From contig JBECUI020000046.1 in NCBI GenBank assembly GCA_040954595.2, forward strand, positions 1-64,000: a stretch of 64,000 nt of DNA. The letters are read 5' to 3'. Position numbers and translations under genes: made by a program. Within the stretch, counting starts at the first letter, position 1, and each line of letters begins with the position of its first letter. This DNA comes from Balanoglossus misakiensis. Lineage: Eukaryota; Animalia; Hemichordata. The notes beneath the pieces were generated by a model, which saw only the letters and a program-made list of their open reading frames with translations, was not told the DNA's origin and made no database searches. Of the stretch, positions 10,001 through 17,765 are shown piece after piece.

Positions 10001-12113
10001 AATCGATGCAGCTGGGATAATAACAATAAGTACCACTGCACAAGCTGGAATATATGAGATCTGGATAGAAGCAAGCAATAGTAGCTATAGCGGTGCCATA
10101 ATGGCAGTTCTTTCAGGAACGGTAGCAAAAATTTCACTTCCCGACAATGCATTCGCTTACGGCATTCTTGCCCGAGCACCGGGAAATACCGGAAGCACAA
10201 CGAGTTATTCACTGCAAACAAATGACATTCCCGCCGATAGCGGAACAATAGGATACAGCATGACTCCTTCTATCTCGGGTATAAGTATCAATGCAGGAAC
10301 GGGGGAAATAACGGTGGATGATACCACCGTTCCGGGTGGATACCAACTGCACGTTACCCTCTCCACGGACAACTATGTGGAACAATCAGTTGATCTGTAT
10401 CTCTATGTCGGAGACAGTAATCTGATATACAAAGGAAACTTTAATGTAGCATCACAGGCATACTTTAGCATAGGAGATATTGCCAATCCGTTCCTTGTTA
10501 GTCTTGCAGATAGTACTGGAACGGGAATAACAGCAAGGCTGGTGATAGGAGATGGAAGCAATACCTTGTACGATAGCGCAGATACAGCAGATACGGTTAC
10601 GGTAGATACGGCAGGGAATGTCGGCATAGGTCCGATAGGAGCAAATCAGCAAAGCATTGATTGGAACTGGGCGGCCTTGAGCGGAATAACAACGGTTCAG
10701 ATAACGATCAGTGTAACCGACGGGAGTAATTCCGACAGCAAGACAGTTTCGATAGCAAAGAGTGGGGACGGTGATATTTACACATGGCGAGACCTTCAGG
10801 CAATGGCAGACAAGCTGGATGGTGCATACGAACTGAAATCGGATATCGACTTTCCAACTAAGGGAACAATCGGACTGGCAACTACTGGATTTATTCCAGT
10901 TGGAGATACAACGACGACCTTTACGGGAAGTTTGAGCGGAGGAACGGGATATGTTATTCGGAACTTTGTCATAGACGATGCAACCAGAGTTCGAGCAGGA
11001 CTCTTCGGGGTAGCTACGGGAAATGTTGCAAGCAATCTTGTTTTTATTGATCCTTCAGTGAGAGCACGGGCGGGAGCAGGGGTTCTTGCAGGGGAAGGAA
11101 GAAGTGGGACCGTAGAATCCATTCATATTCGGGTAACGAAACCGCAAAACGTTGTAAGCACAACCGGTTCAGCAACTTTGGTGAGCAATAACACTGGTGC
11201 CTATGCCGGGGGCATAATGGGATACAGTAATCGCATGCATGTACGTCGGGCTGAAAATGGCGGAAATGTGAGTGGATCAAATGATATCGTTGGCGGACTT
11301 GTTGGTTGGTCCATAAATGCACAGGTGGAAGGCTGGACAAGCGGGGATGTGCTTGGAGGTGATTTTGTAGGAGGACTTACAGGAAACATAAGTAATTCTC
11401 GTATTAGTGGCTACTCGCTTGGAAATATTACTGGGGAGGGCTTTGTAGGAGGACTGGTTGGAACCAACACCGCGAGCACCGTCTACGGCTATTCAAGAGG
11501 AATAGTGAGCGGGAGCAACTACCTTGGGGGACTGGTAGGAACTTCGAAAACTAACGTTATTGGATATAGCACTGCCACGATAGATGCAAGAAGCGATGGT
11601 TATTTGGGCGACCACTACAGTGGTGGCTTAGTCGGATACCTTGAGCTTTCAAAGGTACTGACAGGACTTTCCTTTATTACAAGAACAGGGCCAAAGCGAA
11701 GAAGCACTGGAGGGTTGGCAGGTACTGTTAACTATGGACATAATCTGGAAGTATACGGCTATTTTAGTTTAGCTACTACCGGATTAGCCGCTAATAGAGG
11801 CATAGCTTCACCAGGGACTTTGAAAGCTTCCGAATATGGACCGCTGTCGAGTGAGAGCAGTCTTGAAAGACGCGGAACGGGCACACCCGACGATCCATAT
11901 ACCTACTGGGACGACGATGGCGATTCTACTACCTCAACTGCCGGTACACAACTCTTTACGAATACAAATGGATTTACCATTCATCAGAGCACAGGAGGAA
12001 CAGAGGACAATTTGGGAGACTGGGTTTGGTTGGGGAACGGCAAAGCACCGAACCTCTGGGATACGGATGACAAACGCTACTTTGGCGATCAGCCCGAGTA
12101 TAAGGAAGAATAA
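4071..12113 (+). CDS. Giant surface lipoprotein paralog 2 (~2680 aa; FN3 and Big_2 modules, GLUG-type tip)
   Basis: Start moved from TTG 4008 to ATG 4071 on the RBS; MRSVLIATTLFVVFFAFLFS-C lipobox; FN3-like ITVSW/Y.V.V.A patterns; conserved C-terminus. Confidence 0.9.
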   Translation: MRSVLIATTLFVVFFAFLFSCGGTATSGNIPDPVNALSAHFRAGDSITVSWQAPTTGEHSYSVIIRDPNQDIIAEVTATSPSHTFEGLLFAPNTIYTVEVSTVSGESSSPVVQITLPATGDVVDAGSTADNIATLPGNNPSNEITVTWDAPNNLVQQPTGYTIHLTPAGGETQEILIDDASKVSHTISGLEPQVEYSVAVSVRYNNGRSTIITAPERIQTSVAPLTITRDVSSTAINLSWNPIAPDLTYSVYLSTEDPSAVDILIDDANKQEAAIFDSLLNEWSLYIDGLTAAMTYYITVTATGGDIVENSGILSIETQASGERAPEIVSSITKLLSEKTRGSLAFSWKDVQGTDIDGNHVPSIYTVQYRKFGTTEWKNESVSSPTSGNPTVTLTELDEAAEYLIRIQAVNSTNDTLISGWSEEVTLAANGIKPFVIQDGGGNAIERHTITLGNQYTLILSAGTFVNVENTEVRWASTDESIVTVTDAGRIHAVGSGNVSISATAGADPSNTDSVVITVPPVQIEGIASARAITLSWHSVPGVQYEVYRTSTASTSAESVVQQANQVSLTPTSSDGTETVTIDGLNPQTDYYVVVTLIGGAINEMSSLLTITTNSVQATNPGEVNEIKKNLSEKTIGSLTITWTQEDRQGTNTTGNFVASIYEVEYRKVGTIDWISAPVVPVGEALSRTFSGLDETENYEVRIRALNSSDQTLAGDWSVAGPVLANGIKPFVIQDIDGNSITELDLGLGQTTRLSLAAGTFVNVANTRVLWESSSNTVVTITDTGRIAVVGSGEAIITATAEADDSKSDTVRITVPKLNVLFTSAAGSIVLSWHSIPSVSYAVYRTTTVSTTAEEVIQEANRLSLSPVSSEGKETITMGGLSPRSTYYIVVTVTGNSIDENSELLIVSTAGVEATNPGEVNEIRKDLGEKTIGTLKITWTQEDRQGTDTAGNFVASSYEVEYRKVGAIDWISAVAIEENLSKTLSGLDGTENYEVRIRALNSSNQTLASEWSVAGPFPANGIRDLVIHDANGAVATLTVPVGTSTQLQIPSDTWVNVENRNVLWTSGDPSIIRVSNGLVTALSDGSSTVQAVADADDTKRVEITIDVPGFGTITPRVTRTSIDFNWESITSVPLTYRVYLSTSETDLISEGNKHTPTLSGNTWSILIGGLNPESNYFAIITATSIDISVQSPVFPIRTEDSQAEAPPSVANVAKDLTEQGLGALKITWDAVQGKDIDGSLVASKYNIQYRLHGTTTWTEVDSDTPSITLSSLAGAEEYDVQIRAVNSLVTYLTSNWSSVITLKANGIGSIRISKADGSELTEVDRTILIPNTLALSADLVAENISDRGVQWGVENANPTVAGETVATISTDGVVTAVSSGTIEVTVVSVLDTSKTDRITLTVDSQAEAPPSVGNVVKDLTEQAFGALKITWDAVQGKDVDGSLVASKYNIQYRLHGTSTWTEVDSDTPSITLSSLAEAKEYDVQIRAVNSIIPSLMSNWSAEVTLKANGIDSIRIIKADGSELTQEGLFTSNTLALLASFVAENISDHGVQWGVENENPTVAGETVATIGTDGLVTTVSPGTIEVTVVSVLDSSKTDRITLTVIQAPTAPTAPRIGTVNFVAVDTDGTYRLTVDWSEPTDPGMLLGGGQATIIGYTLSWGSGQQEVGNVLSYTITGLDLDTIYSITVIARNEGAESPASVAVQTQRVLNIPVADLPYYDQPISKVYGTASTSYNLQKDALGDYQQASQWRYQLSSVTPQQSGFSVQDYDRDLLHYNHGLLSIANTVPVGIYQIETRITRNNYWGEIIVNAEVRITAIQLSNYRMEYGPLADAREGVAQSYHPSVNTIPSAAAATYSITALSGSLPVGISIDADGTIQVADSLLPATYPVRVSATPTTSNYGGTLTTDLVITVVEANAITGSMSYPVIDHPYNDADPKTYTPTVADLPSGLTADLLSYRITSVRRNDIDIPSYTGIITIDAAGIITISTTAQAGIYEIWIEASNSSYSGAIMAVLSGTVAKISLPDNAFAYGILARAPGNTGSTTSYSLQTNDIPADSGTIGYSMTPSISGISINAGTGEITVDDTTVPGGYQLHVTLSTDNYVEQSVDLYLYVGDSNLIYKGNFNVASQAYFSIGDIANPFLVSLADSTGTGITARLVIGDGSNTLYDSADTADTVTVDTAGNVGIGPIGANQQSIDWNWAALSGITTVQITISVTDGSNSDSKTVSIAKSGDGDIYTWRDLQAMADKLDGAYELKSDIDFPTKGTIGLATTGFIPVGDTTTTFTGSLSGGTGYVIRNFVIDDATRVRAGLFGVATGNVASNLVFIDPSVRARAGAGVLAGEGRSGTVESIHIRVTKPQNVVSTTGSATLVSNNTGAYAGGIMGYSNRMHVRRAENGGNVSGSNDIVGGLVGWSINAQVEGWTSGDVLGGDFVGGLTGNISNSRISGYSLGNITGEGFVGGLVGTNTASTVYGYSRGIVSGSNYLGGLVGTSKTNVIGYSTATIDARSDGYLGDHYSGGLVGYLELSKVLTGLSFITRTGPKRRSTGGLAGTVNYGHNLEVYGYFSLATTGLAANRGIASPGTLKASEYGPLSSESSLERRGTGTPDDPYTYWDDDGDSTTSTAGTQLFTNTNGFTIHQSTGGTEDNLGDWVWLGNGKAPNLWDTDDKRYFGDQPEYKEE
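7668..8880 (+). repeat. Intragenic tandem duplication, ~609-bp period (FN3 + Ig module)
   Basis: gattcgca(g/a)gcagaagcaccaccaagtgtcg at 7668 and 8277, followed by near-identical sequence. Confidence 0.85.
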
Positions 12114-12130
12114 GTACAAAATATGCTCTA

Positions 12131-12163
12131 GCCCCTTTCCACCAAGGAGAGGGGTTTGCTTTG
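12131..12163 (+). terminator. Probable terminator hairpin
   Basis: cccctttcc-accaa-ggagagggg stem followed by tttgctttg. Confidence 0.45.
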
Positions 12164-12550
12164 TATGTAGAAGGAGTAGGTAAATCTTTGTGATGGTTTT
12201 CCATTCATTATTTCATCTACTTTTTTTGTATAGCTTCCCCCATCCATAGGTGTTATTTAAGTCAAGTTTTTTTGTATGGGCATGTAGGGGGGCAATTAGT
12301 TTGCGAATTTAATAAATGATGTGGAAAACTTGTATAAACATTGACATTACAATACTTATTCTATCCAAAAGCCTAGAAATTAAAATGAGAATTTTTTAGA
12401 AAAATTGTGAAAAAAACAGAAAAATTTGGTCAGTTTTTGCTTGTTTTTTGTTGGGAAATAAACTTTAAATTATCCTTGAAGTACAATAAAATGGCAGTTA
12501 AATAGTATTAAAATATTATTTAAATTATCACCGAAACTATAACAAAACAC

Positions 12551-12580
12551 TTGACATTTTCTTGATATATGCACTACTAT
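12551..12580 (+). promoter_or_regulatory. Sigma70-type promoter for the tRNA-like RNA
   Basis: TTGACA-18 bp-TACTAT; the predicted +1 near 12587 coincides with the 5' end of a terminal stem; gcacta/tagtgc inverted repeat overlaps the -10. Confidence 0.65.
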
Positions 12581-12586
12581 TATAGT

Positions 12587-12774
12587 GCACTGTAAGTTTG
12601 TACCCGTAAACTGAGTATAAACAGTAGCGTGCCGTCACAGACTGTGTCAGCAATTTGAGAAAAGTGTGGGTAGCAGTAATGGTGCCATCATGGACGGAGG
12701 TTTCGCGGGTAACGGGGAGCCCCTTCTTGTAAGGGCCTCGTATGTTGGTTCGAGTCCAGCCAAACTTATAGTGC
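12587..12774 (+). ncRNA. Putative tRNA-like structured RNA with a large D-loop insertion (not a canonical tRNA)
   Basis: 14-bp terminal stem (12587-12600/12761-12774); T-arm gttgg-TTCGAGT-ccagc; D-stem cccg/cggg; anticodon-like arm gccc-cttcttgtaa-gggc; no encoded CCA. Confidence 0.6.
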
Positions 12775-12775
12775 T

Positions 12776-13233
12776 TTATTCCCTCCCTTGGATTATTTTA
12801 CCGTCTATAATTTTTGATGAACTGATAATTGAGGCTGTACGGAATGATAACTGTCTTATCTCAGGATAATAGTGGAACACCGCTTTCATTGCCTTTTGTT
12901 TACTAATCATTCTAATAAATCTAAACGACCGAACACCTCTTGTTGCTGTTTCCAGTATCTGCTCTGGCTCATTAATAGTCTTATACAACAATTTATAATG
13001 CTTACTAGTAAGTTTCTGCATTGTTTTTTTGTATCACGAAGCATGAGCAGTATTTGCCTATCACTCACCATGAGTTTCGCATCAGCAAAGATTCCCACCT
13101 TTTCGAAAGCGGCTACTGTGCCTGAAGGCATAACAGCTAGCGGATACAGCAAGCTCTGCGGCCTATACTTCTTGCGGGTAATGGTATTTAGTAGTGCCGT
13201 AAACTCGCCGCTGGTCAGTCTTATTTGTTCCAT
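12776..13233 (-). pseudogene. Frameshifted ~150-aa ORF, possibly a phage MuF C-terminal/PBECR (BECR-fold) nuclease remnant
   Basis: ORFs 12907-13233 and 12776-13021 join at an A7 run (13024-13030) with one extra base; family resemblance judged by eye only. Confidence 0.45.
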
Positions 13234-13338
13234 ATCACGCCGGTAGCGTTTCTTTCGATTTATCAGACCGGTGTGTGGATTTGAGTATTGTCTTATACTA
13301 AACTAATATGTTAGAATAAATACATCATGTGTATCTAT

Positions 13339-13983
13339 ATGAGAACTGTATTAATACATGGTATACTTATTGTTTTGTTATTCAGTAGCTGCATGTTTCC
13401 TATAGGTACTCAGCACCCGATGCCTCCAGATAGATATGCAATGTATCCAGAAGGAATATTAGATGTCCCTGTAGGGGAAGATGGAAAAATTCAATTGCGA
13501 TTGGGTTATAGTCCTGATGATATTCCACTGGAAGTAGGGGTTGTGAATAGCACATACCTTTCGATTTATCAGACCGGTGTATGGATAGGAGATGCATCTG
13601 CTTCACATGGAGAACTAGAGACATTAGTGTTTCCTTCACGGACCATGTACGATAGCAATAGAATATATAACATAAGCAGTACAGCCGACCCTTTTATATT
13701 ATTTAACCAGCCGGAAGCAGATCAGCCAGTTATTGATACATTGGATTTCGGCTACGACAATGTTAGAGGTGTCCGATTGTCGTTGTACTCACGAGTAACT
13801 TTCGATTTATCACAGTATGCTTGGTCGCCGTCGAGAGGAAAGACTCTTAGCGTTATCATATCGGCCAAACCCTACAATGTAGGCTGGTGGGCTGATGACG
13901 AAGAGAGCAGATGGGCACCAAAAATTATGGAGCGGGATAACGTATCCGTGTATTTCCCCAATAACAATAGATACATTCCATGA
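13339..13983 (+). CDS. Hypothetical lipoprotein
   Basis: MRTVLIHGILIVLLFSS-C lipobox; ~214 aa; alternative start at 13327. Confidence 0.7.
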   Translation: MRTVLIHGILIVLLFSSCMFPIGTQHPMPPDRYAMYPEGILDVPVGEDGKIQLRLGYSPDDIPLEVGVVNSTYLSIYQTGVWIGDASASHGELETLVFPSRTMYDSNRIYNISSTADPFILFNQPEADQPVIDTLDFGYDNVRGVRLSLYSRVTFDLSQYAWSPSRGKTLSVIISAKPYNVGWWADDEESRWAPKIMERDNVSVYFPNNNRYIP

Positions 13984-14110
13984 CATTATCAATAGACTAC
14001 TAACTATAGTACTGCTATAGAATGACAAGAGTATAAGCTCGTGTGAAAACGCAAATTCTCAAACTGTTTGCATAATTTTCTCATTTTGGTTGCTTCGGTA
14101 CAGGGCACCA

Positions 14111-15160
14111 CCATCTACAGCCCCACTTAATCAGGGGGTGGTATAACGTACTACTGCGAAATCTGTGCGTTTGCTTGAGGTTTGAGCGACGGAATTGATC
14201 TTGTTGGGTGCTTTCTTCTGATGATTTTTACTTAAAATTATACTTAAAATTTATATATAGTTTCCCATCCACAACCCCCACCCTTCAGGGGTGGTATCAA
14301 GAACTACCACAAAATCTGCCCCTTTGCTTGAGGTTTGAGCGGAGAAATTGATCTTGTAGGGTGCTTTCTTCTGATAATTTTTTACTTAAATTTATACTTA
14401 AAATTTTTGTATAAGCCCCCCATCCACAACCCCCACCCTTCAGGGGTGGTATCAAGAACTACCACAAAATCTGCCCCTTTGCTTGAAGTTTGAGCGGAGG
14501 AATTGATCTTGTTGGGTGCTTTCTTCTGATAATTTTTTACTTAAAATTATACTTAAAATTTTAGTATAAACCCCGCCATCCACAGCCCCCACCCATTAGG
14601 GGCGGTATCAATAACTACCACGAAAACTGCCCATTTGCTTGAAGTTTGAGCGAGGGAATTGATCTTGTAGGGTATGATATTCTGATAATTTTTACTTAAA
14701 ATTATACTTAATTTTTTAGTATAAGCCCCGCCATCCACAACCCCCCACCCATTAGGGGCGGTATCAATAACTACCACGAAAACTGCCGTTTTGCTTGAAG
14801 TTTCCACGGACGGTTACTACCGGTAGGGGCTTGTTTTCACATTTTATACTTAATTTTTTACTTAAAATTTTAGTATAAACCCCGCCATCCACAACCCCCA
14901 CCCTTAAGGGGTGGTAGAAAGATGTAATAGGAGTAATTACTTCTTTATCACCACAACCCCCACCCTTAAGGGGTGGTATTAGAAACTACTGCGAAATATG
15001 GCAGTTTGCTTGAAGTTTGAGCGAAGGAATTGATTTTGTAGGGTAGGATCTTCTGATAATTTTAACTTAAATTTTTACTTAAAATTTAGTATAATCTCCT
15101 CCATCCACAACCCCACTTAATCAGAAGTGGTATCAGTAATTACCGCGAAAAGTGTGTCTT
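14111..15160 (+). repeat. Tandem array of ~155-bp non-coding units (6 full, 1 truncated, 1 terminal partial)
   Basis: Units start at about 14111, 14265, 14420, 14576, 14731, 14885, 14947 and 15101; each has a ccaccc-N5-gggtgg-type hairpin. Confidence 0.92.
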
Positions 15161-15203
15161 TAATTTAAACCCCATTGTTCATTACACGAACCTATGCGGC
15201 CGT

Positions 15204-15232
15204 TTGACTTCTATAGAAATGAGTGGTATAAT
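15204..15232 (+). promoter_or_regulatory. Sigma70-type promoter with extended -10
   Basis: TTGACT-17 bp-TATAAT with a TG extension. Confidence 0.7.
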
Positions 15233-15354
15233 GTGGTATGAATTAGTTAAGGTTGCATGACGACACTGCAGGATATTTTCGTGCGCAGGAACTGATACAA
15301 GTGTTTGTGTTGCTCGTTCCTTGTCCTCTCATGCCTTATCTTTTGGGGTAGGCA

Positions 15355-15771
15355 ATGATTGAATATAACAGACTGCAACAATCGCTAAAACTCCTACAGG
15401 AGCAGAACAATCGTCGTAACACAATGTTGGGTAATCAGGAACAATGGATTATTGATGCAGTCAAGGAATCCACAATTCAGCGTTTTGAAACATGTTGGGA
15501 TTGTCTCTGGAAGTTGTTGGGGCGATACCTTCGGGAAGAGGTGGGATTGGCGGTAATACCCAACGGTCCCAACCCAATTTTCCGCCTTGCCAATGAGAAC
15601 AATCTGCTACCCTCTGATATTAAGAACTGGTTGCAATATAACCAGGCACGTATTAACACATCCCATGATTATAGCGGCGAAAAAGCAGATGATGTTTTGG
15701 AGCTTATGAACGACTTTGTCGACGATGCTATTAGTCTCTATCAGACCATGAGCGGGACAAGCTGGAAATAA
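15355..15771 (+). CDS. HEPN-family protein (HI0074-like nucleotidyltransferase substrate-binding protein)
   Basis: IQRFE.CW motif and RxxxxH motif (ARINTSHDY); TAATG-coupled to the MNT gene. Confidence 0.88.
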   Translation: MIEYNRLQQSLKLLQEQNNRRNTMLGNQEQWIIDAVKESTIQRFETCWDCLWKLLGRYLREEVGLAVIPNGPNPIFRLANENNLLPSDIKNWLQYNQARINTSHDYSGEKADDVLELMNDFVDDAISLYQTMSGTSWK

Positions 15772-16901
15772 TGAGCAAAAAGCCGGACAATATTGATCTG
15801 ACGGTCTCTCAACGAAAAGAGATACGCATGTTATTACAACGACATTTGCCGGATACCGAGGTGTGGGTATACGGCTCTCGTGTACAATTTACTTCCTCTC
15901 CCTCCTCAGATCTGGATATGATTGTGTTTACTTCAAAAGAACAAAGTCTTGCGGTAGCTAATCTAAAAGAAGCCTTTAATGAAAGTTCATTACCTTTTCG
16001 TGTCGACCTCTTTATTTGGCATGAACTTCCGCAGCAATTTCATAAGAACATTGAGGCAAAACGAGTAGTCTTACAAGAGGGGGAAATAATGCTATTTGAA
16101 GAAGTACAGGGATGGTCGGAAAAAAAATCTGAGATTTTTCGGAAATATGCAGACGTATATAACCAAATTATGCAATCACAGGACTGGAAACCTCAATATT
16201 ACTATATCGATGCGTTTGCAGGCTGTGGATTGAACCAAAGTAAGAGCACTGGACAGACGAGCAGCTCAGCTCTTGTAGAGATTATAAAAAATACGAGTTT
16301 TCATACATATTATCTCATAGAAAAAGATCAACAAAAATGTCAACAGTTGACAACATTATTAGACAATGAACAAAACGTAGATATAAGATGTAATGATTGC
16401 ACACAGGAATTACCGCAGATATTTTTTACCGTTCAATCAAATAGAAATATGCGTGCCCTTTGTATTTTAGATCCTTATGGTATTCACTATCCATGGCAAC
16501 TCGTACAACAAGCTGGAAAGAAGAACATAGATTTAATACTGAACTTTCCCATTATGGCACAAAATAGAGTTGCATTGTGGCACGATTACAACAATGTGCC
16601 GGAAACAAGCCGGAAACAAATGAGTATTTTCTGGGGTGATGAATCGTGGAAAGATATTGTATATCAACCAGCACAGCAGTTCGAGTTATTTGAAGACAAT
16701 ATCAAAGAAAAACAGGATAATGAAACAGTTATTGAGGCATACTGTAAGCGCCTTAAAGAAAATGCAGGATTTAAGCATGTATCAGACCATTCTCCTATAA
16801 AGAATTCAAAGGGAGGAACAATATATTATCTTCTTATGGCATCTCACAACAAAACAGCCTGCAATATAATAAGTGATATAATGAGAAGGGAATTGCAATA
16901 A
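15771..16901 (+). CDS. Fusion: minimal nucleotidyltransferase (MNT, aa ~1-105) + three-Cys-motif partner protein (TcmP-like)
   Basis: YGSR...SDLD MNT motif; then WSEKK, YIDAFAGCG, LIEKD and ILDPYG SAM-methyltransferase-like TcmP motifs; in-frame internal RBS + ATG at 16089. Confidence 0.8.
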   Translation: MSKKPDNIDLTVSQRKEIRMLLQRHLPDTEVWVYGSRVQFTSSPSSDLDMIVFTSKEQSLAVANLKEAFNESSLPFRVDLFIWHELPQQFHKNIEAKRVVLQEGEIMLFEEVQGWSEKKSEIFRKYADVYNQIMQSQDWKPQYYYIDAFAGCGLNQSKSTGQTSSSALVEIIKNTSFHTYYLIEKDQQKCQQLTTLLDNEQNVDIRCNDCTQELPQIFFTVQSNRNMRALCILDPYGIHYPWQLVQQAGKKNIDLILNFPIMAQNRVALWHDYNNVPETSRKQMSIFWGDESWKDIVYQPAQQFELFEDNIKEKQDNETVIEAYCKRLKENAGFKHVSDHSPIKNSKGGTIYYLLMASHNKTACNIISDIMRRELQ

Positions 16902-16929
16902 TCGGGATTTTGTGGTACAAGGGTGTACA

Positions 16930-17649
16930 ATGCCGAGTAAATCATCAATAGAATGGACAGATGCAACTTGGAATCCAATTACCGGTTGCACCAAGGTATC
17001 TGATGGATGCCGTTTTTGTTATGCAGAGCGCATGGCACTACGATTACAGGCAATGGGTAACCGGCGATACAAACACGGCTTTGCAGTAACAATCCATGAC
17101 GATATACTCACGGCACCGCTCCGTTGGAAGACTCCTAAGCGTATTTTTGTAAACTCGATGTCGGATTTATTTCATGAGGATATTCCATTTACTACTATTC
17201 AACGCGTATTTGATACAATGAACAAGGCATCATGGCATATTTTTCAAATTCTCACCAAACGTCCTTTGTCTGCACTGAAGGCATCGGAACATCTTACCTT
17301 TAGCAAAAATATATGGATGGGAACAACAGTAGAGAGTATCCGATATGTGCATCGGATAACGGCATTACAACGAATTCCGGCACACCGCAGGTTTATATCA
17401 TTTGAGCCGTTATTATCTTCTATGACGTCGGTAGATTTAAGCGGAATACATTGGGCGATTGTGGGAGGAGAATCGGGACCGGGAGCGCGACCAATGAAAG
17501 AAGAATGGGTATCGGATATACAACAAAGTTGTCGGAGTCATCAAACGGCATTCTTTTTCAAGCAGTGGGGTGGAGTGTTTAAGAAAAAGACTGGGCGTAT
17601 ATTGAACGGGAGAACATGGGATGACATGCCCGATGCACATACCCTGTAA
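16930..17649 (+). CDS. DUF5131 / phage Gp37-Gp68 family three-Cys-motif (radical-SAM-like) protein
   Basis: IEWTDATWNPITGCTKVSDGCRFCYA (Cx6Cx2C), IFVNSMSDLFH, IVGGESG, FFKQWGG. Confidence 0.92.
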   Translation: MPSKSSIEWTDATWNPITGCTKVSDGCRFCYAERMALRLQAMGNRRYKHGFAVTIHDDILTAPLRWKTPKRIFVNSMSDLFHEDIPFTTIQRVFDTMNKASWHIFQILTKRPLSALKASEHLTFSKNIWMGTTVESIRYVHRITALQRIPAHRRFISFEPLLSSMTSVDLSGIHWAIVGGESGPGARPMKEEWVSDIQQSCRSHQTAFFFKQWGGVFKKKTGRILNGRTWDDMPDAHTL

Positions 17650-17707
17650 GCCAGTAAACCCTTCGTCTTGTTAGAAAAAACAGAACAATATCAACAACAT
17701 GCATTAG

Positions 17708-17736
17708 TTGACTTTTGTTTAGGATTATAATACAAT
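17708..17736 (+). promoter_or_regulatory. Possible sigma70 promoter for mcrBC
   Basis: TTGACT-17 bp-TACAAT. Confidence 0.5.
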
Positions 17737-17765
17737 CTATCTATAATTAACAAAGGAAAGCCAAA

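Noticed and set aside
12594-12768. Canonical tRNA-Thr or tmRNA
   Set aside because: 10-nt anticodon-like loop, ~95-nt D-loop insert and no CCA; too short for tmRNA and lacks the Ala acceptor stem with G3-U70
12580-12774. MITE with terminal inverted repeats and a 9-bp target duplication (ttatagtgc)
   Set aside because: The right direct repeat lies inside the inverted repeat, not outside it; the internal tRNA arms and promoter position fit an RNA gene better
12666-13246. Plus-strand ORFs 12666-12869 and 12872-13246
   Set aside because: No clear RBS or recognisable motifs; they overlap the structured RNA and the better-supported minus-strand ORF
14553-14807. 84-aa minus-strand ORF with a repeated VVVIDTAPNGWG motif
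   Set aside because: By-product of the DNA repeat; periods of 154-156 bp do not keep frame
14111-15160. CRISPR array
   Set aside because: Units are similar along almost their whole 155 bp with no unique spacers, and no cas genes are in the window
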